A DNA stretch of 64,000 nucleotides from a virus, in IMG/VR virus record IMGVR_UViG_3300006045_000004, positions 26,180 through 90,179 of that record. One strand, written 5' to 3'. Below, one piece after another: positions 30,940 through 44,572 of this stretch. The notes beneath the pieces were generated by a model. The model worked only from the letters and a program-made list of their open reading frames with translations. It was not told where the DNA came from and searched no databases. Both the position numbers and the translations under genes were made by a program. How positions within the stretch are numbered: position 1 is the stretch's first letter; every line of letters starts with the position of its first letter.

Positions 30940-33900
30940 GTGTTTAATATGTATAATGGAAAACAAAAATATATAGTAAATGGAGTATTTGAAACTGAAT
31001 TAAAAATGTATAAAGAAAATGGAAAATGGATAACAGATACTGGATATGATGAAAAGTTTTTATATTACAATGTGTTTAATGTTAATACTGGAAATGTAAG
31101 AAAAATTAAAACTACTGAAAAATTAGAAGAGTTTCTTAGTTTACAAGATGATATTAATAATTATTAAAAAAGTAATAAATAGATTTATATAAAATAAAAA
31201 CAAACAATAAATATGGAAGTGTAAACAATGTATGAAAATGAATACAAATTATTAAGACAAATAGGTGCTGATGAAGTAAGTGGCACAGAAAAAGAAAAAT
31301 ACGATGTATATACATTTGGTGAAACTGAAATAAGTATAAATGATGTTGTATTATACGATGTAAGTGAGATAGTATTAGATAATGGTGATGTTAGTTTTAG
31401 TATTGAAACAGAGGAAAATATGAAAGTAATAGCAATAGTGTCAGAAGGTCATAACCCTGAATATAGTATTAAAGTAGGTGGTGTATGGCATGATATAGGA
31501 GCAATTGAAATAGCAATAAACAAATCTAATAAATTAATTGAAATAGCTGATAATATTCATCAATATAAACAAGTTCAATTAACATATTTAGAAGACTATA
31601 AAGCATTTGGAAAAAGTATTTATTTAGATTATAAAATGAGTGATGTATATTATCATGGAATTGATTATACACACTTAAAAAATAGTATAAAAATAGTTGA
31701 AGACCTTATAAACCAAAGGAGTGAATAAATATGAGTAGACATTGCCATACAAGTTTAGAAACATATTATAATAAAGCTAAAATTACTGAAAAAGGTATGT
31801 ATCTTATACCAATAATTGTTAAAAGTGGAAATAAGCATATGTATAAAGGAATACAAATAGTTCCTGATATAGAAACTTTAAACATTCAAAAAAGATTAAT
31901 AAGTAATGTATATAGATGTGATTATAGTAGTGATTATGGTAGATTTGAAGACATTAAAGAAATAGTAACTGATTTTCAAATAATTAATGATAAATTAGAA
32001 GTTTTATTAAAATAAAGGTGTATTTATATGGATATTAAAGAAATTAATGAGAATGATAATTATAGTGTGTGCTTAGTAAAAGTATTAAATAAAAATTGTG
32101 TGTTTATAACTAATAAAGTATGGAAAGATTATGAAAATGATATTAGAAATTGTATTGAATTAGCATTAGAGAGAGAAATGGAAATAGAAGTAACAGAAAA
32201 TTTTGAAGAGTGTTTAGAAGAAGAAATGTATCAATTAGGATATGAGATTGAATTTTTAAATGTAGATGTGGTGATTTAAATGTTAGTATGTGGACAATTT
32301 GTAGAGAATAAACATGAAACTGATGACTTTATGGATAGTGAGTATTATTTAGATTATGAAAAACAAGATAACAGATTAGAGCATTTAAGAAATAAATGTG
32401 GTGGAAAATATTATATTGAACCTACAAATATTGAAGTAGATATACCAACAGAAAATTTATATATGTATGCTATCTGTCATATTGATAGTGATTTAGATAA
32501 TAGTTTCTTTGTAAGATATGTTTATTTTGATGAAAAACAAGCTATTGATAATATGAAATGTTTAAATGAAGAAGTATGGAATGAGGCATTACAAGGATAT
32601 TTGGAAACAGTTGAAGAATATAGAGATTATTATGATGTTAAATATTTAAGTGTTAAAGAAATTGAAGAAAATATTCTAAAAAGAATTGAAGAGGATAATC
32701 AATTAAGTGGTGATAATTTTAATAAATATCCATTTTTATCAAGATACCATTATGTAGAAGGTGAATAAATGTATTTACATGGATATTGTGAGAGTTGTAA
32801 TACAAGTTATGATGATAATAAGGAAACAAAAGAAAAATTTGAAGACTGTATGTTTAATGTAAAAAAAATAACAAAAGATTATGGTATAATATATATATGT
32901 AAAAACTGTGGAGCTGAATATAAAGTTATAAAGGTGAAAAAATGAATAAAATTTATACTGTATTTGAACCTGTATTAATTCAAAGTAATATAGATAGTAA
33001 AAAATCTTATTATAAAATAAGAGTTCATGACAATGAATTTGATGAGGAAAAACCAAATACAACATTCTTAGGATTATCTGATAAGAATTTTAATAATCTT
33101 ATAGTTCATGTAATTGAAAATTATTTATATGGAAAACAAGAATATTATACTGATAGTGTAAAATATGTAAGAGATGATGAAAATCATATAACTGGTGTAG
33201 AAGGATTATTTACATTATTATATGAAGACTTTAAAAGATTAGAGCATATAAATAATGGTGGTGAATAAAATCAATTATGATGACCTATTTATTGAAAAAG
33301 TGAATAATAAAAGTGTACAAAATATAGATAATGAAATAAACCTAAATACAAAAAGGAAAAAATACTATCCAAGAGTAGAAGGTTGGTTTATATTTATATT
33401 TACTATGTTTATAATCTTTATGATTATATTTTGTACAATGACATTATCAAGAATTATATTTGGAGGATAATAATGGAAAAAATAACACACACAATAGAGT
33501 TAATAGATGAAAATGGAAATAATGGTTTACCTAAATTAATAATAAGTTTTCATAATCGTATGAGTGTTGAAAAAATTAAACAATTCTTTGATAAATTAAT
33601 GTTTGATGATAGATATATCATAGGAACACCACTACAAAGAAAAAATTTATTAATAATATCAATAATGAAATTTTTAAATGATGAAGACAAAGAAAATGAT
33701 GTAATGAATAACCTATATATTCACACAAACCAATATACAACAGAAATACCTAAAACAACAGAAAATGACATATTATACACTATACTGAATGGTGGTGTAA
33801 TTATATCAAAATTAATTTATAGACAGGGTGAAATTCAAAGATTTCAAGACTTACGGTGGGATTACCCTATCAAACAAGAAAAACCAATAGTAAGAATAAA

Positions 33901-36900
33901 ACATATAGCAATGTATATAAAAGAAGTAGAGGATTTAAGTGGAATATGGAGTGCAAACCAACTATGTGAAATATGTAACATAGAACCAAGAATGTTAGAC
34001 AGAGTTAAAACTGGTGAGCTTAGAAAAAGATTATTAGATAGAGGATTTGAAGTTGAATTATTATCATTAAGTAAAAGATAAAAAGGAGTAAAATAATATG
34101 AATTTAACAAAAAATATATGTAAAAATGTACCAACAAAAACAAGTATAAGTAAAAATCATAACTTTACATTAAATAAAGGAAAAACACCAACCAATACAA
34201 CAATAACCAAAGAAAAATTAAATTTAACAAAAAATATATGTAAAAATGTACCAACAAAAACAAGTATAACAAATTATGATAATTGGAATTATAGAAGGTT
34301 ATAAAATGATTATACAATTAAAAAATGAAATAACAGAAAGTCATATAGCATTCTTTGAAATAGAAAATTTAAATAAATTTAAAAATGATTGTAAAGAATT
34401 TGTATCTAATTATGGATATAATTGTTTAAGTGAACATGAAGATATTGAGGATATTGAAAATAAGTTAATTCAGTATTTGGTTGATGATTATGTGGCTGGT
34501 GATAGAGTTCAAAGGTGGAAAAGAGTTTATACTGGAAATATAGCAACATGGGAAAAAATAGCTGAAAAAATTGTAGAGGTGTAAGTATGGTTTTAATAAG
34601 ATATAGAGTAGAAGATGTAGAAGAAGGATTAAATAATAATAATTGGAATACAAGCTTATTAATAGAAGAAAGTGAGATACCTGAAATGGAAAAAAAGTTA
34701 AAAAAAGTATTAGAAGATGAAGACTGGTGTTATGATGATGTATGTATGGTTTTAGAAGATTATGACCAAGATATAAATAGCACTAAAATAATTGAAAAAA
34801 CATTTAATGATATTTTAAGAGGTGAATAAATATGTTTTATGAAGTATGGTCAAGGGGATATATTGAATTGGTAACAAAAAGCCAACATAGAGCTGAAAAA
34901 TTAGTTGATTATATTTGGAATTATAGAGGTGATAGTGCGAGTTATAGGGAAAGAGAAACCTTAGAAGAAGGAGCTATGGATTGGTGTAAAGAAAATAAAG
35001 TATTCAAACATCATTGGAAAAATAATAAACAATTGTTTGTATTAAAAGATAATGATACTGATTGTGAAAATGAATATTATTTAAGTAATGCTACAACAAC
35101 ATTAATAAATAAAGCTATGGAAAAATCACAGTATAATGATGACGGTGTAAATGAAATTAGAGATTATTATGGTTATACTGGTGCTATTAAGTATTTCCTT
35201 AGAGAAATGGGATATAGTTTTGATATGGTAAAAGGTCAAGAAGTGATAATATGAGTTGGTTAGAAGATTTAAGTAATATATGTTCTGATAAAATAAGCAA
35301 TAAAAAAATAGATACTGATAATATTGAAGACATTTATCAAAATCCAAATACTCTTCAAGTTATTATTGAATATAAAGATAATTCACAAAATTATATAGAA
35401 TGTTCAAGTCTTATAGAATTAGTTGCTATATGTGGAAAATTAAATAATGAATTTTGAGTGATAATATGTATTATAAAGATGATAAGTTAAAGACAAGTTG
35501 TTTAATTGGAAAACCAAAAATAACATTTGAAATAGAGATACAAGGTGAGCATGACCCTGAACCAAATAAAAAAACATTTGAATGGAGTGATACAATACAT
35601 GGAGAATTTTTAGAAATAATTTGGGGTGGTATATTAGATAGCTTAAAAGGATATGAAGAAGTAAATTTTAAAATAAGTAAACAAGGAAAAGAAAAAACAC
35701 CAGAAGAAGTAAGTAAGTTTCTTGAAAAGGAAATGAAAAAAGAAATAAAAGATTTATGTAAAAGGTATGAGGTATGATATTATGATAGGTTTAGGTTTAA
35801 TATTATTTTGTGTTGGTTTAGTAGTTTTTAGTATTATATGTGGTTTAGGTGATTCATTAGAAGTATTTTTAGTAGTAAATACTATTTTATTCTTTGTTAT
35901 GATTGGATTATGTATTTGGCTTAGTACATTATTATTTGTAGTACCAATAATTCTTATTGTTATACTTGGAGTAATTGCATTAATGATATTAGATTAGAGG
36001 TGATAAGTGTGAATATTAATATTGATAGACAGTTAGAAAATTTAAAAGAAAATAAAACAGAAATTATTGAAATTAAATATAAAGAAAGTAAGTATGAAAT
36101 AACAAAACAAAAAATGACATTCGGAACACCTGATTATATTATTGAGAAATATAATAAGTTTTGTTCAAACTGTAAAAAACCATTTGAAAATAAAATATGT
36201 AAATGTAATTATAAAATAAAGAAGTTTATAAATGATAAAGGAAAACCATATTACAAAACAGAAGAAGAGTTATCAAATGCTTTTAAAGAGTATAAAGTAT
36301 ATAAATATCTTAAAGTTCAAAGAGAAATTTCTAAATTTGAAAATATTACTAAAAATATTGAAAATGAATTATGGGTGTTATTATGAGTGTAGCAGAAAAT
36401 TATACAGAATGGATTGAAAATAGTAAAAATATAATTAATCAAGCAATAGAAAACAATATTATAAAAGAAAAAAATATGTGTGGATTAAAAGAAAAAAAAG
36501 GAGTAAAACATTTTGATTGTAAAGAAGAAATAACTATTAAATATATTAATGATTATGGATGTAAAAAATTAAAAAAATGTAAATCATTGGTATATATGGA
36601 AGAAAATCAAGGAATATTTATAACTGTATCTGATTCAAATATTGAAGGAAGTAGAATAGATACATTTGATTATTTAGCTATGGTGGAGTCAATAGAATGA
36701 ATTTTTTATATTTAATGCTTTTAATTATTATAGTATTATTAATAATGATAGCTTGTATATTTGCTCCTGAATATTAAAAAAGGTGATTAAAATGAGGCAT
36801 AACATTAGAAGAGCAGTTATAATTGCTGATAAAAGAACTAATTATGAAGAAATAGAAAAAGAATTTAAAGAATATAAAGAAAACCTTATAAAAGATTTAA

Positions 36901-39601
36901 ATAAATTAGATTTGTATGAAGATAATATTAAAATGAAAAAAGAGATTAAAAACCTAACAGAAGCTATTAATGATTATGAAGATTTAATATCTGATATTTA
37001 TGGTGATAGATATAAAGTTAAAACAGAAGAAATATATGATAATATTATTCAATTTAGGATAATGCAAAATAGTCGTGATACTGTTTCAATAAGTAATTGG
37101 ATACAACATTTGTTATATTATACAGATGATTATAATATAATAAATAAAGAACATAATATTAGTTATGTAAGAGTTTATGATGAAGGAGAAAATAAATGGG
37201 AAGAATGGAATTTTAATGAAATAGAAAATATAAAAACAAAATATGATATTATTGATTATTTGAATGAAAAAACATTTGATGATTCACATAACTATTTTAT
37301 TAATCAATTTAATATAATTCTTCAAAAAGGTGATTAAATGAGTGAAAAACTTAATGTAAAAGAACTAATTGAAATACTACAAAACAATTATAAACCAGAA
37401 GAGGATATTGAAAGTGTTTATATAGATTTTAAAGATAAAAATATTAGTATTGATACAGAAGAAAAATTTGATTGTATAGTAAGTGATATGGTTGAGAATG
37501 TTTATCTTAAACATGATGATGAAAATCCTTTATATGCAGATATTTATCAAAAACTTCATAACCTTAGAAATATAATGAATGATAACTATGATGAATTTTT
37601 AAATGACTGGTATATAAATATACATGGTAGTTATAGATTTGAAGATGAAAAATATACAAGAACTGGTAAAGTTATGGAAATATTCATAGAAAATGGAACA
37701 GTTAATATAACAAAACCAATATACAAGAAAAAAACAAAAAATGAAATAATTAAAAAATTCAAAGTCCAATGGAGAAAAAAATTATGACAACACAAAAAGA
37801 AATAATACTAAGTATTTTAAACTTTGAACAAGGTCATGAAGAAAAAAACATTATAGTTGAATCTAATAATGGAAATATAAAAATATATAAAATGAAAATA
37901 ACAGAACAACAAAAAGAAGACATCATATCCATAAATGATATTAAGGTTGTAGATGATTTGTTTTTGTTAAAAGAAGAAGATTTTCTTAAAGTTAAAGGAA
38001 TTGGTAAGATTAAAGCAAGAAATATACATTTTTGGCTACAAGAAAATCAGAAAGAATATGAAAGATTTTTTATTCAAAATACTAATTTTAAAGAATATGA
38101 AATATGGAAATAAAAATATATAAAAATTAGCACCAAAATTAAATGTTTTTTCATACAGTAATATAAATAGATGTAAAAAAAATAAACTCCTAAATTTAGG
38201 CATATTTAATATATAAATTTTAGACAATTCATTATTTCAATATATGATATTTTTGAAAGGTGAAAAAATATGAAACAAATAACAAAAAAAGAAATGAGTG
38301 ATTTGATAGAGTGGGTTCAAAAAGACGACGGAGAAGTCATACAAATAAATAATAGAAATTTTATTAATACAGATTATTATGATATTATTCATCAAACAAA
38401 AAATACATTAAAATTAAAACATAAAAATTCAACTAAATGCACCATACTAAACATAATGGATATTAATATTCAGAAATGTGAAATCCAAACAATATCAAAA
38501 ACAGATTTATTTCTTTATTTTCCAGAAGTAAATGATATAAATGAAATATTATCAGACGAAACACATAGTATGTGTGGTGATGTTTATTATAGTAAACTTC
38601 CATTAAGAACTAAAAAAGATAGTGATGGAGATTATATGCAATATCAAGTAAAATATATTAAATATTATACTTCAAAAAATAACACTATTATTTATATATA
38701 TAATACTCAAAATGAATTAGAAGAAATATGTGAGATAAAATATGACAATTAAAAATATCACAAATCATGATGATAAAAGATATATTTATAAAAAATATGT
38801 AGAACCAATAATATGGATGATATTATTCTACAAAACAAAAAAATCAAATGCTCCAATTAATAACAAATATTCTGATAGATATGTAGAACTACCAGAATTT
38901 GAAAAGAAAAGAAAAAGTCCATTAAGTGCATATTATGGTCAAATATTGCATATTATGAATATTCAATATAAATTTACTAAAAAATGGATATTTATAACAG
39001 TTGTTCATCATAAACATAATGATAAAAATTATAAAACAGAATTTAGAATAGGTGATAATGGTAAATTTAAGGTGGTAACATGAACAAAGAAGAAAAAGAT
39101 AAAATAAAAAGTTTTACAGATTTTATGGGAATATTTGGAGATATGGAAATTAAAACAGATATTCAAACAACAGATGTAATGAAAGATATTATGGAAAAAA
39201 CAATTAAAAATTATTTAGATAATAATGTAGCTACTGAAAGCGAAGCTTTGTGGATGACAAGAGAAGCAATAGGCAAACAAGAGTTATACGAGTCATACAT
39301 ATATCCAGTATTGGAAATAATTCAAGAACATAGTAGTGAAGATTATTTTTGGAATCCTGAGAAACAACCAAGAGGTAGTAGAGAGCTTAAATTTAATACA
39401 GAAGAAAATATAACTATACCTTGTGAAAATGGAGAAATTTGTAGTATTGTTTATAGAATTAGGAAAGATTTTATTAAATTAGAGATTAAATTTTTCATTA
39501 ATGTAGCTCAAACTGAAGACCAGAGAAAAATAATTAAGATTGAGTTGGACAAACAAAATATCCATTTTGTTCACCCTAATAAAGTGATGTTGGAGCATTA
39601 A
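30940..39601 (+). CDS. Array of about 25 small hypothetical ORFs; the 33472-34081 protein has a possible C-terminal HTH; 35767-35997 is a multi-TM protein
   Basis: ORF track; coupled starts and stops; GGTGA RBSs. Confidence 0.6.
31172..31227 (+). promoter_or_regulatory. Repeated promoter cassette, copy 5 (diverged)
   Basis: GTAATAAATAGATTTATATAAAATAAAAACAAAC; ATG 56 nt after GTAATAA, as in the other copies. Confidence 0.65.
34101..34269 (+). repeat. 49-bp perfect direct repeat (34101-34149 and 34221-34269) inside a 68-aa ORF (34098-34304)
   Basis: AATTTAACAAAAAATATATGTAAAAATGTACCAACAAAAACAAGTATAA twice, 120 bp apart, with a degenerate middle copy. Confidence 0.95.
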
Positions 39602-39727
39602 TGGATATATTGTTGAGTGTGTGGATTTTTTATTTGTTTTTAATAAAATTATGTGGACCTAAAAATCAAAATAAACTATAAATATTAAGAATAAAGAGAA
39701 ATAGAGGAGAAATTTTTATTATGAAAA

Positions 39728-40046
39728 ACTTTTTTAACTCAATATAACTTTTTTAAAGTTATAATTTGGAGCATTTTCCGTGATTTGTTTTTTTATTTCT
39801 GGTACTTATACTTATTATTATTATTATAACTTTTATAACTATATAATATAACACATATTCCTCACGGGGCTTTTCTTCGTGATGAGGCGAATAGACATAA
39901 AATATAATTTACAGATGATGTGTTATGTTTAGTGGTTATAAAAGTTATAAATTTTTAAAGAAAGAAATGATACTCAAATTTATATATAAAGAACAGAGAA
40001 GTCTTTAATTTCTAACCTTAAAAAAGTTATATTGAGTTAAAAAAGT
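39728..40046. repeat. Three nested perfect inverted repeats centred on 39887; putative replication origin
   Basis: 29 bp at 39728-39756/40018-40046, 16 bp at 39824-39839/39935-39950, 9 bp at 39848-39856/39918-39926. Confidence 0.9.
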
Positions 40047-40226
40047 GTAAAAATAGTTAAAAAAACAAAAAAACATACAATACCTGCACACAAAATATCC
40101 ATTTTTCTTACTCATTAATAATAATAAGACTTTTTTTATTACTATAATAAACTATTTATATGATAAAAGATAATATAAAAATAACACTAAGTTAAGTTAG
40201 TTGTTAAATAAAAAGGAGTTGGTAGA

Positions 40227-41816
40227 ATATCAAATTTTAGACAAAATCTAAGTCCAAACCATAAAAAAAATGGTAATAGATACTATGATATAAGTATAGA
40301 TAATAATGGAATAAGTTTATATAAAAAAATAGAAAAAAAAAGTGAAGAAACCCCAGATGTATTAGAAATATTATTTGTAGAAGAAGAAAAAGTATTAACA
40401 ATAGTTCCAAAATCAATAAACCATTATAAAAACAATGAAACCAAACAACAATATATAAGATTCCACTACTACGACCCCAAATCAACAGAAGATTTAAAAA
40501 TAGATTTTGAAGACTTTTCTCAACTATCTGAGTATGTAAAAAGAATAGGAAGAAGAGTTGGAGGAAGAAGTAAGTGGTTAGAGTATTTAAGTCTTTTAGA
40601 AGTTGATGGTAGTTTAAAAACTTTTACACCAGTCGGAATAACATCAGAAAACCAAATATATAAATACATAGGTGAAGATGAAAACGAAATAATAGACCCT
40701 GAATTTGCAGAAGATAAAATAGAAAGAGGAAAAAAACAATTAAAACATCATGAACAAATATCAAACATTAAAAATAAAAAAAAATTTCGTACCATTATTA
40801 AATGGGGTATTGTTAGTCCTTTCTTTTTTAGTGTTAAAAACGATAATTTTCGTGCTGATGATGATATGATTCCTTATTTGTTTTTAACTGGTCGTCCAAA
40901 AGTTGGAAAAACTGCAATGTTAAAACTAATTGGTGATATTTATGATGTAGAACCTAAAAGCTCTCAGTCAGTAAAAACAGAGTTTTCATCATTAGTAGCT
41001 TTGTCAGAATCAAAAAAACCACTTTTAATTGAAGAAGGTCATAGTTTATTTGAAGGAAATAAAAATAAATATGTAGAATTACTTAAAGCAAATGCTTCTT
41101 CAACAAAAGAAGTAGGAGCAAGAGGTAGACCAACACTTGAAGTTAAATCTTATTATGGTCAAAGAACAGCTTCTTTTACTATGAATTTTAATCCTGATAT
41201 TAGTGATAGTGGTATGAGAAGAAGAATGGTTGGGATTGATTTTTTACAAGAAGATATAGCTTCTGAAGAAGATAAAGAAAAATTTAGAAGACTTAAAGTT
41301 GGTAATTATATTAATCACCTTGAAGAACTGTTTTTTTATTTACATATATGTATTATTAAAGAATTAAATAATTCAAAAGATAGTTTTTTAGATTGTGTTG
41401 ATAGGGTTCTTAAAGAAAATAATTTAGAAGAATATACATTATCAAATATATATTGGTCTGATGATACATTAGAGGCAAGTGAATATGAGGATGAAGATAT
41501 TGAAGAAGAAATGTACTCTATAATTAATTCTGAATTAGCAAGACATAATAAACCTAATGCTCTTCTCCTTGAAGAAGGTTTTATTCCAGGTCTTAGAGGG
41601 CATAATGGTAAGTTTTATATTACTTCTGCTTTTGTTAGTTGGTTTAATTCTAAAACTACTCGTCCGAGTACGAGTTTAACTAAATTAGGTGAAATTATTA
41701 ATAATGAAGCACCAAAAGTAGTTGCTTTTCGTGGTGATAAAAATAGAAAATCTGTTATGATAGACCAAACACAAATTCATTTTACTATAATACCAAATGA
41801 TGAAGATGAGGAATAA
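40227..41816 (+). CDS. Putative replication initiator/helicase (DUF927-like region plus P-loop NTPase), ATA start
   Basis: Frame is open from 40212 with no ATG, GTG or TTG before 40866; GGAG at 40215-40218; Walker A TGRPKVGKT, LLIEEG and RRRMVGIDF. Confidence 0.65.
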   Translation: MSNFRQNLSPNHKKNGNRYYDISIDNNGISLYKKIEKKSEETPDVLEILFVEEEKVLTIVPKSINHYKNNETKQQYIRFHYYDPKSTEDLKIDFEDFSQLSEYVKRIGRRVGGRSKWLEYLSLLEVDGSLKTFTPVGITSENQIYKYIGEDENEIIDPEFAEDKIERGKKQLKHHEQISNIKNKKKFRTIIKWGIVSPFFFSVKNDNFRADDDMIPYLFLTGRPKVGKTAMLKLIGDIYDVEPKSSQSVKTEFSSLVALSESKKPLLIEEGHSLFEGNKNKYVELLKANASSTKEVGARGRPTLEVKSYYGQRTASFTMNFNPDISDSGMRRRMVGIDFLQEDIASEEDKEKFRRLKVGNYINHLEELFFYLHICIIKELNNSKDSFLDCVDRVLKENNLEEYTLSNIYWSDDTLEASEYEDEDIEEEMYSIINSELARHNKPNALLLEEGFIPGLRGHNGKFYITSAFVSWFNSKTTRPSTSLTKLGEIINNEAPKVVAFRGDKNRKSVMIDQTQIHFTIIPNDEDEE

Positions 41817-41818
41817 AT

Positions 41819-44572
41819 ATGTATGAAGAAGATTATCAGGCAATATTTATGACAAATGTTAGTATATGTGAAGATGAAGTATTAGAAATGTTACCATGTG
41901 GTTTTAAAAAAGCAGTAAATTCAATAGAAGAGAATATTGGAAGAGATTATAATTATTGTTGTGCTATTTTATTTTCAATAATAGAAGAAAATAGTATAAT
42001 TAATGATAAAGGTTTTTTAAAGAGGAGATAATATGGAAGGTGAAAGTGAACATAATTTATTACTTATAGCTAATCAATTATGTATAGCAAATAAACTTAA
42101 AGTAATTGAACTTAAAGAAAAAGGTCTGACTGACAGAAATTATGAACGAGTTGAAGAATTAGAAAAACAAGCTGAATATCACAGCACTTATAGTTATACT
42201 CCGTGATTATTATGGTAAGTATGAATGATTATAAAAGCATAAACTATAACCTTGTTACTGCCGATGATGGCACTAAATTTTTAATGGATAAAGGACAAAC
42301 ATCACAACCACTACATTATGTTGATGTAAACCAAGAATGGATGACAGAAGACTATATAAAATTTTGGGATATAATAGACGATTGTGAAAACCAAATATCC
42401 ATTTTGAAACAAGATTTGGAAGACATGGTTAATAAAAATATACAACTGGTTGAAGATAATAATCTTTTAAGTGAAAAAACAGTTCCATTTGATAATATGT
42501 GTGGTATTTTAGGTGATATTGCTACAAATATTAGAACAAATACAGAAGTTTCTATAAGAATGGAACAACATTTTAGAAGTATGGTTGATTTGAAAGGTAG
42601 ACATACAAATACAATTGCTTCTATTCCTTCTGCAATTAGTAGTTTGGGTGAGTATTTAAGTAGGGGGAGGCATGAGTTTAGATGATTAGAAGATTAGTTC
42701 ATAAAAATAGAAGATGGAGGTTTGATGATACACAAGAAAGAAGTATTGATGTGTATAGTAGTTCATCTGCTGAACAAGAAGCTATATGGGTAGGTGTTGA
42801 TAAGTTAGATGATAATGGTGAAGTTAAATCTGACTTTACAGCTATGCATATAGATAGAGATACTGCTTTATTGTTATCACGATTGTTATACTTTTTTTAT
42901 AAACAAGGATATTTACCAAATGAAACTGAATTTATAAGGTATTTATTACATGAGGAGGATTAGATTTTATGCCAAATTTACAGAATGAATATGTTAACCA
43001 TTTATTTGATGGTTGTGACGCTGAAGAACGAGAATGGATGATTAAAGATGTTTTTAAATATATAAAAATAGAAATTATGGAAACTATCATAGGAGCTTAT
43101 AATGAGTTTTTATATTTTGAAAATGATTTTGAAAAAGAAATACCAAGAGAAAAACTTATTGATTTTTTTAAAGAGTTTGTTGATTTGACTGATGAAGATA
43201 AAAAGATTGTTGAAGAATTAATTAAAAACGACTTTTATAGAGAGGATACGAACAATGAATGAAGAATATAAACAGTTATATGATACTGCTACTAATGTAT
43301 TTACTGATTATAAAAAAATAGAAAAAATTGTAGAAAATAAATTTAGTTTAATTGGTGATTACTTAGTAGAAAAATTCCCTTGCATAACTGGATATAATGT
43401 TAGTGTTAAATCTACTCATGTTAATATTAATATTTATACAGAATTTGGAGAAAACCATAGAGCCGAACTTCAAGAATATTTTAAAGGAGAAGGAAAAAAA
43501 GAATTAGGTTTTAATGCTCAATATTATGGTGAAAAAATACAATTTAGGTGATTAATTATGCCAGAAAGAATATGGATGGATGGAATAGAAGGTTTTATAA
43601 AAAAAATAGAAGAAAAAGGATTTATAAAACAAGAAAAAATGGATATAAATAATTTTGTTTGGAAAAATACTAAAAAATGTGATATAAAAATTATACCTCG
43701 TTGGTACAGAGAGGATTTTGATATGACTATTATTCATTGTAATAAGATTTGGATTAACAATTCACCAACATATCCATTGGCTCATTTTTTTTGTGATGGT
43801 ATGGGTTTGTGTTCTGTTGATTTGAGTTGTTTGAGGAATGTTTTTGTTGATGATATGTTGTTGGTTAATCGTATTGAAGAGTTTTATGCTGAAAAATCGA
43901 AAGATTTATAAGGGAGTAAATTATAATATTACATATTGGGAGGTTTTAAATGAAAAAAGGTATTCCACAACATATAAAAGAATTAATAAATGATGTGCAG
44001 TTTGTATGTCCGAATTTGAGTTTTGATGAAATTCATGACGAGTTTGAATGTTTTATAAACAAATGTAAAGAATTAAATAAATTAAAGGATTGTGAAGAAG
44101 TTTTAAAGAAACATGGTATAAGAGTTCAAAAAGAGGATAGAAAATGAAAATACATCCATTAGTATCAAACCAAATGCTAATACAAAAATACTATAAATAT
44201 AAAAAATGGTATAGTAGTCGTGATAAGTTTAATTTTATACAATCTGAAATGTATAGAAGAATAATAAACAGAAATAGTATTTTATATAAAGACAAAAATA
44301 ATGAATTATTAAAAACATTTCTTACATCAAAATATGATTTTTGTGCCGAAGAGTTGTTTGCTGTAATAAGATGGATTGATAATAATTTTGATAAAATAAA
44401 AGAAATTGAAGGTTTTTTAGATAATATTAAAATTTTAGATGAAAGTGAATTTGCAGAAAGTTGTAAATATGGTGATATAATAATGTATGTAGGAAAACCA
44501 AACCCATTTTCAACATATATATTAGCTAATGGTCAATTATTAAAAGAAGAAAATGAAAAAGAGGCATTCTAA
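41819..44572 (+). CDS. About nine small hypothetical ORFs
   Basis: ORF track; coupled. Confidence 0.55.

Noticed and set aside
34101-34269. Mini-CRISPR reading of the 49-bp repeat
   Set aside because: Only two exact copies, a 71-bp spacer that is itself a degenerate copy, an in-frame coding context and no cas genes
39857-39895. GC-rich hairpin as a tRNA or tRNA fragment (att site)
   Set aside because: No cloverleaf, T-loop or CCA; better explained as the core of the inverted-repeat element
40866-41816. ORF-track start for the P-loop protein
   Set aside because: No RBS, and 650 bp of open upstream frame would be unexplained; replaced by 40227
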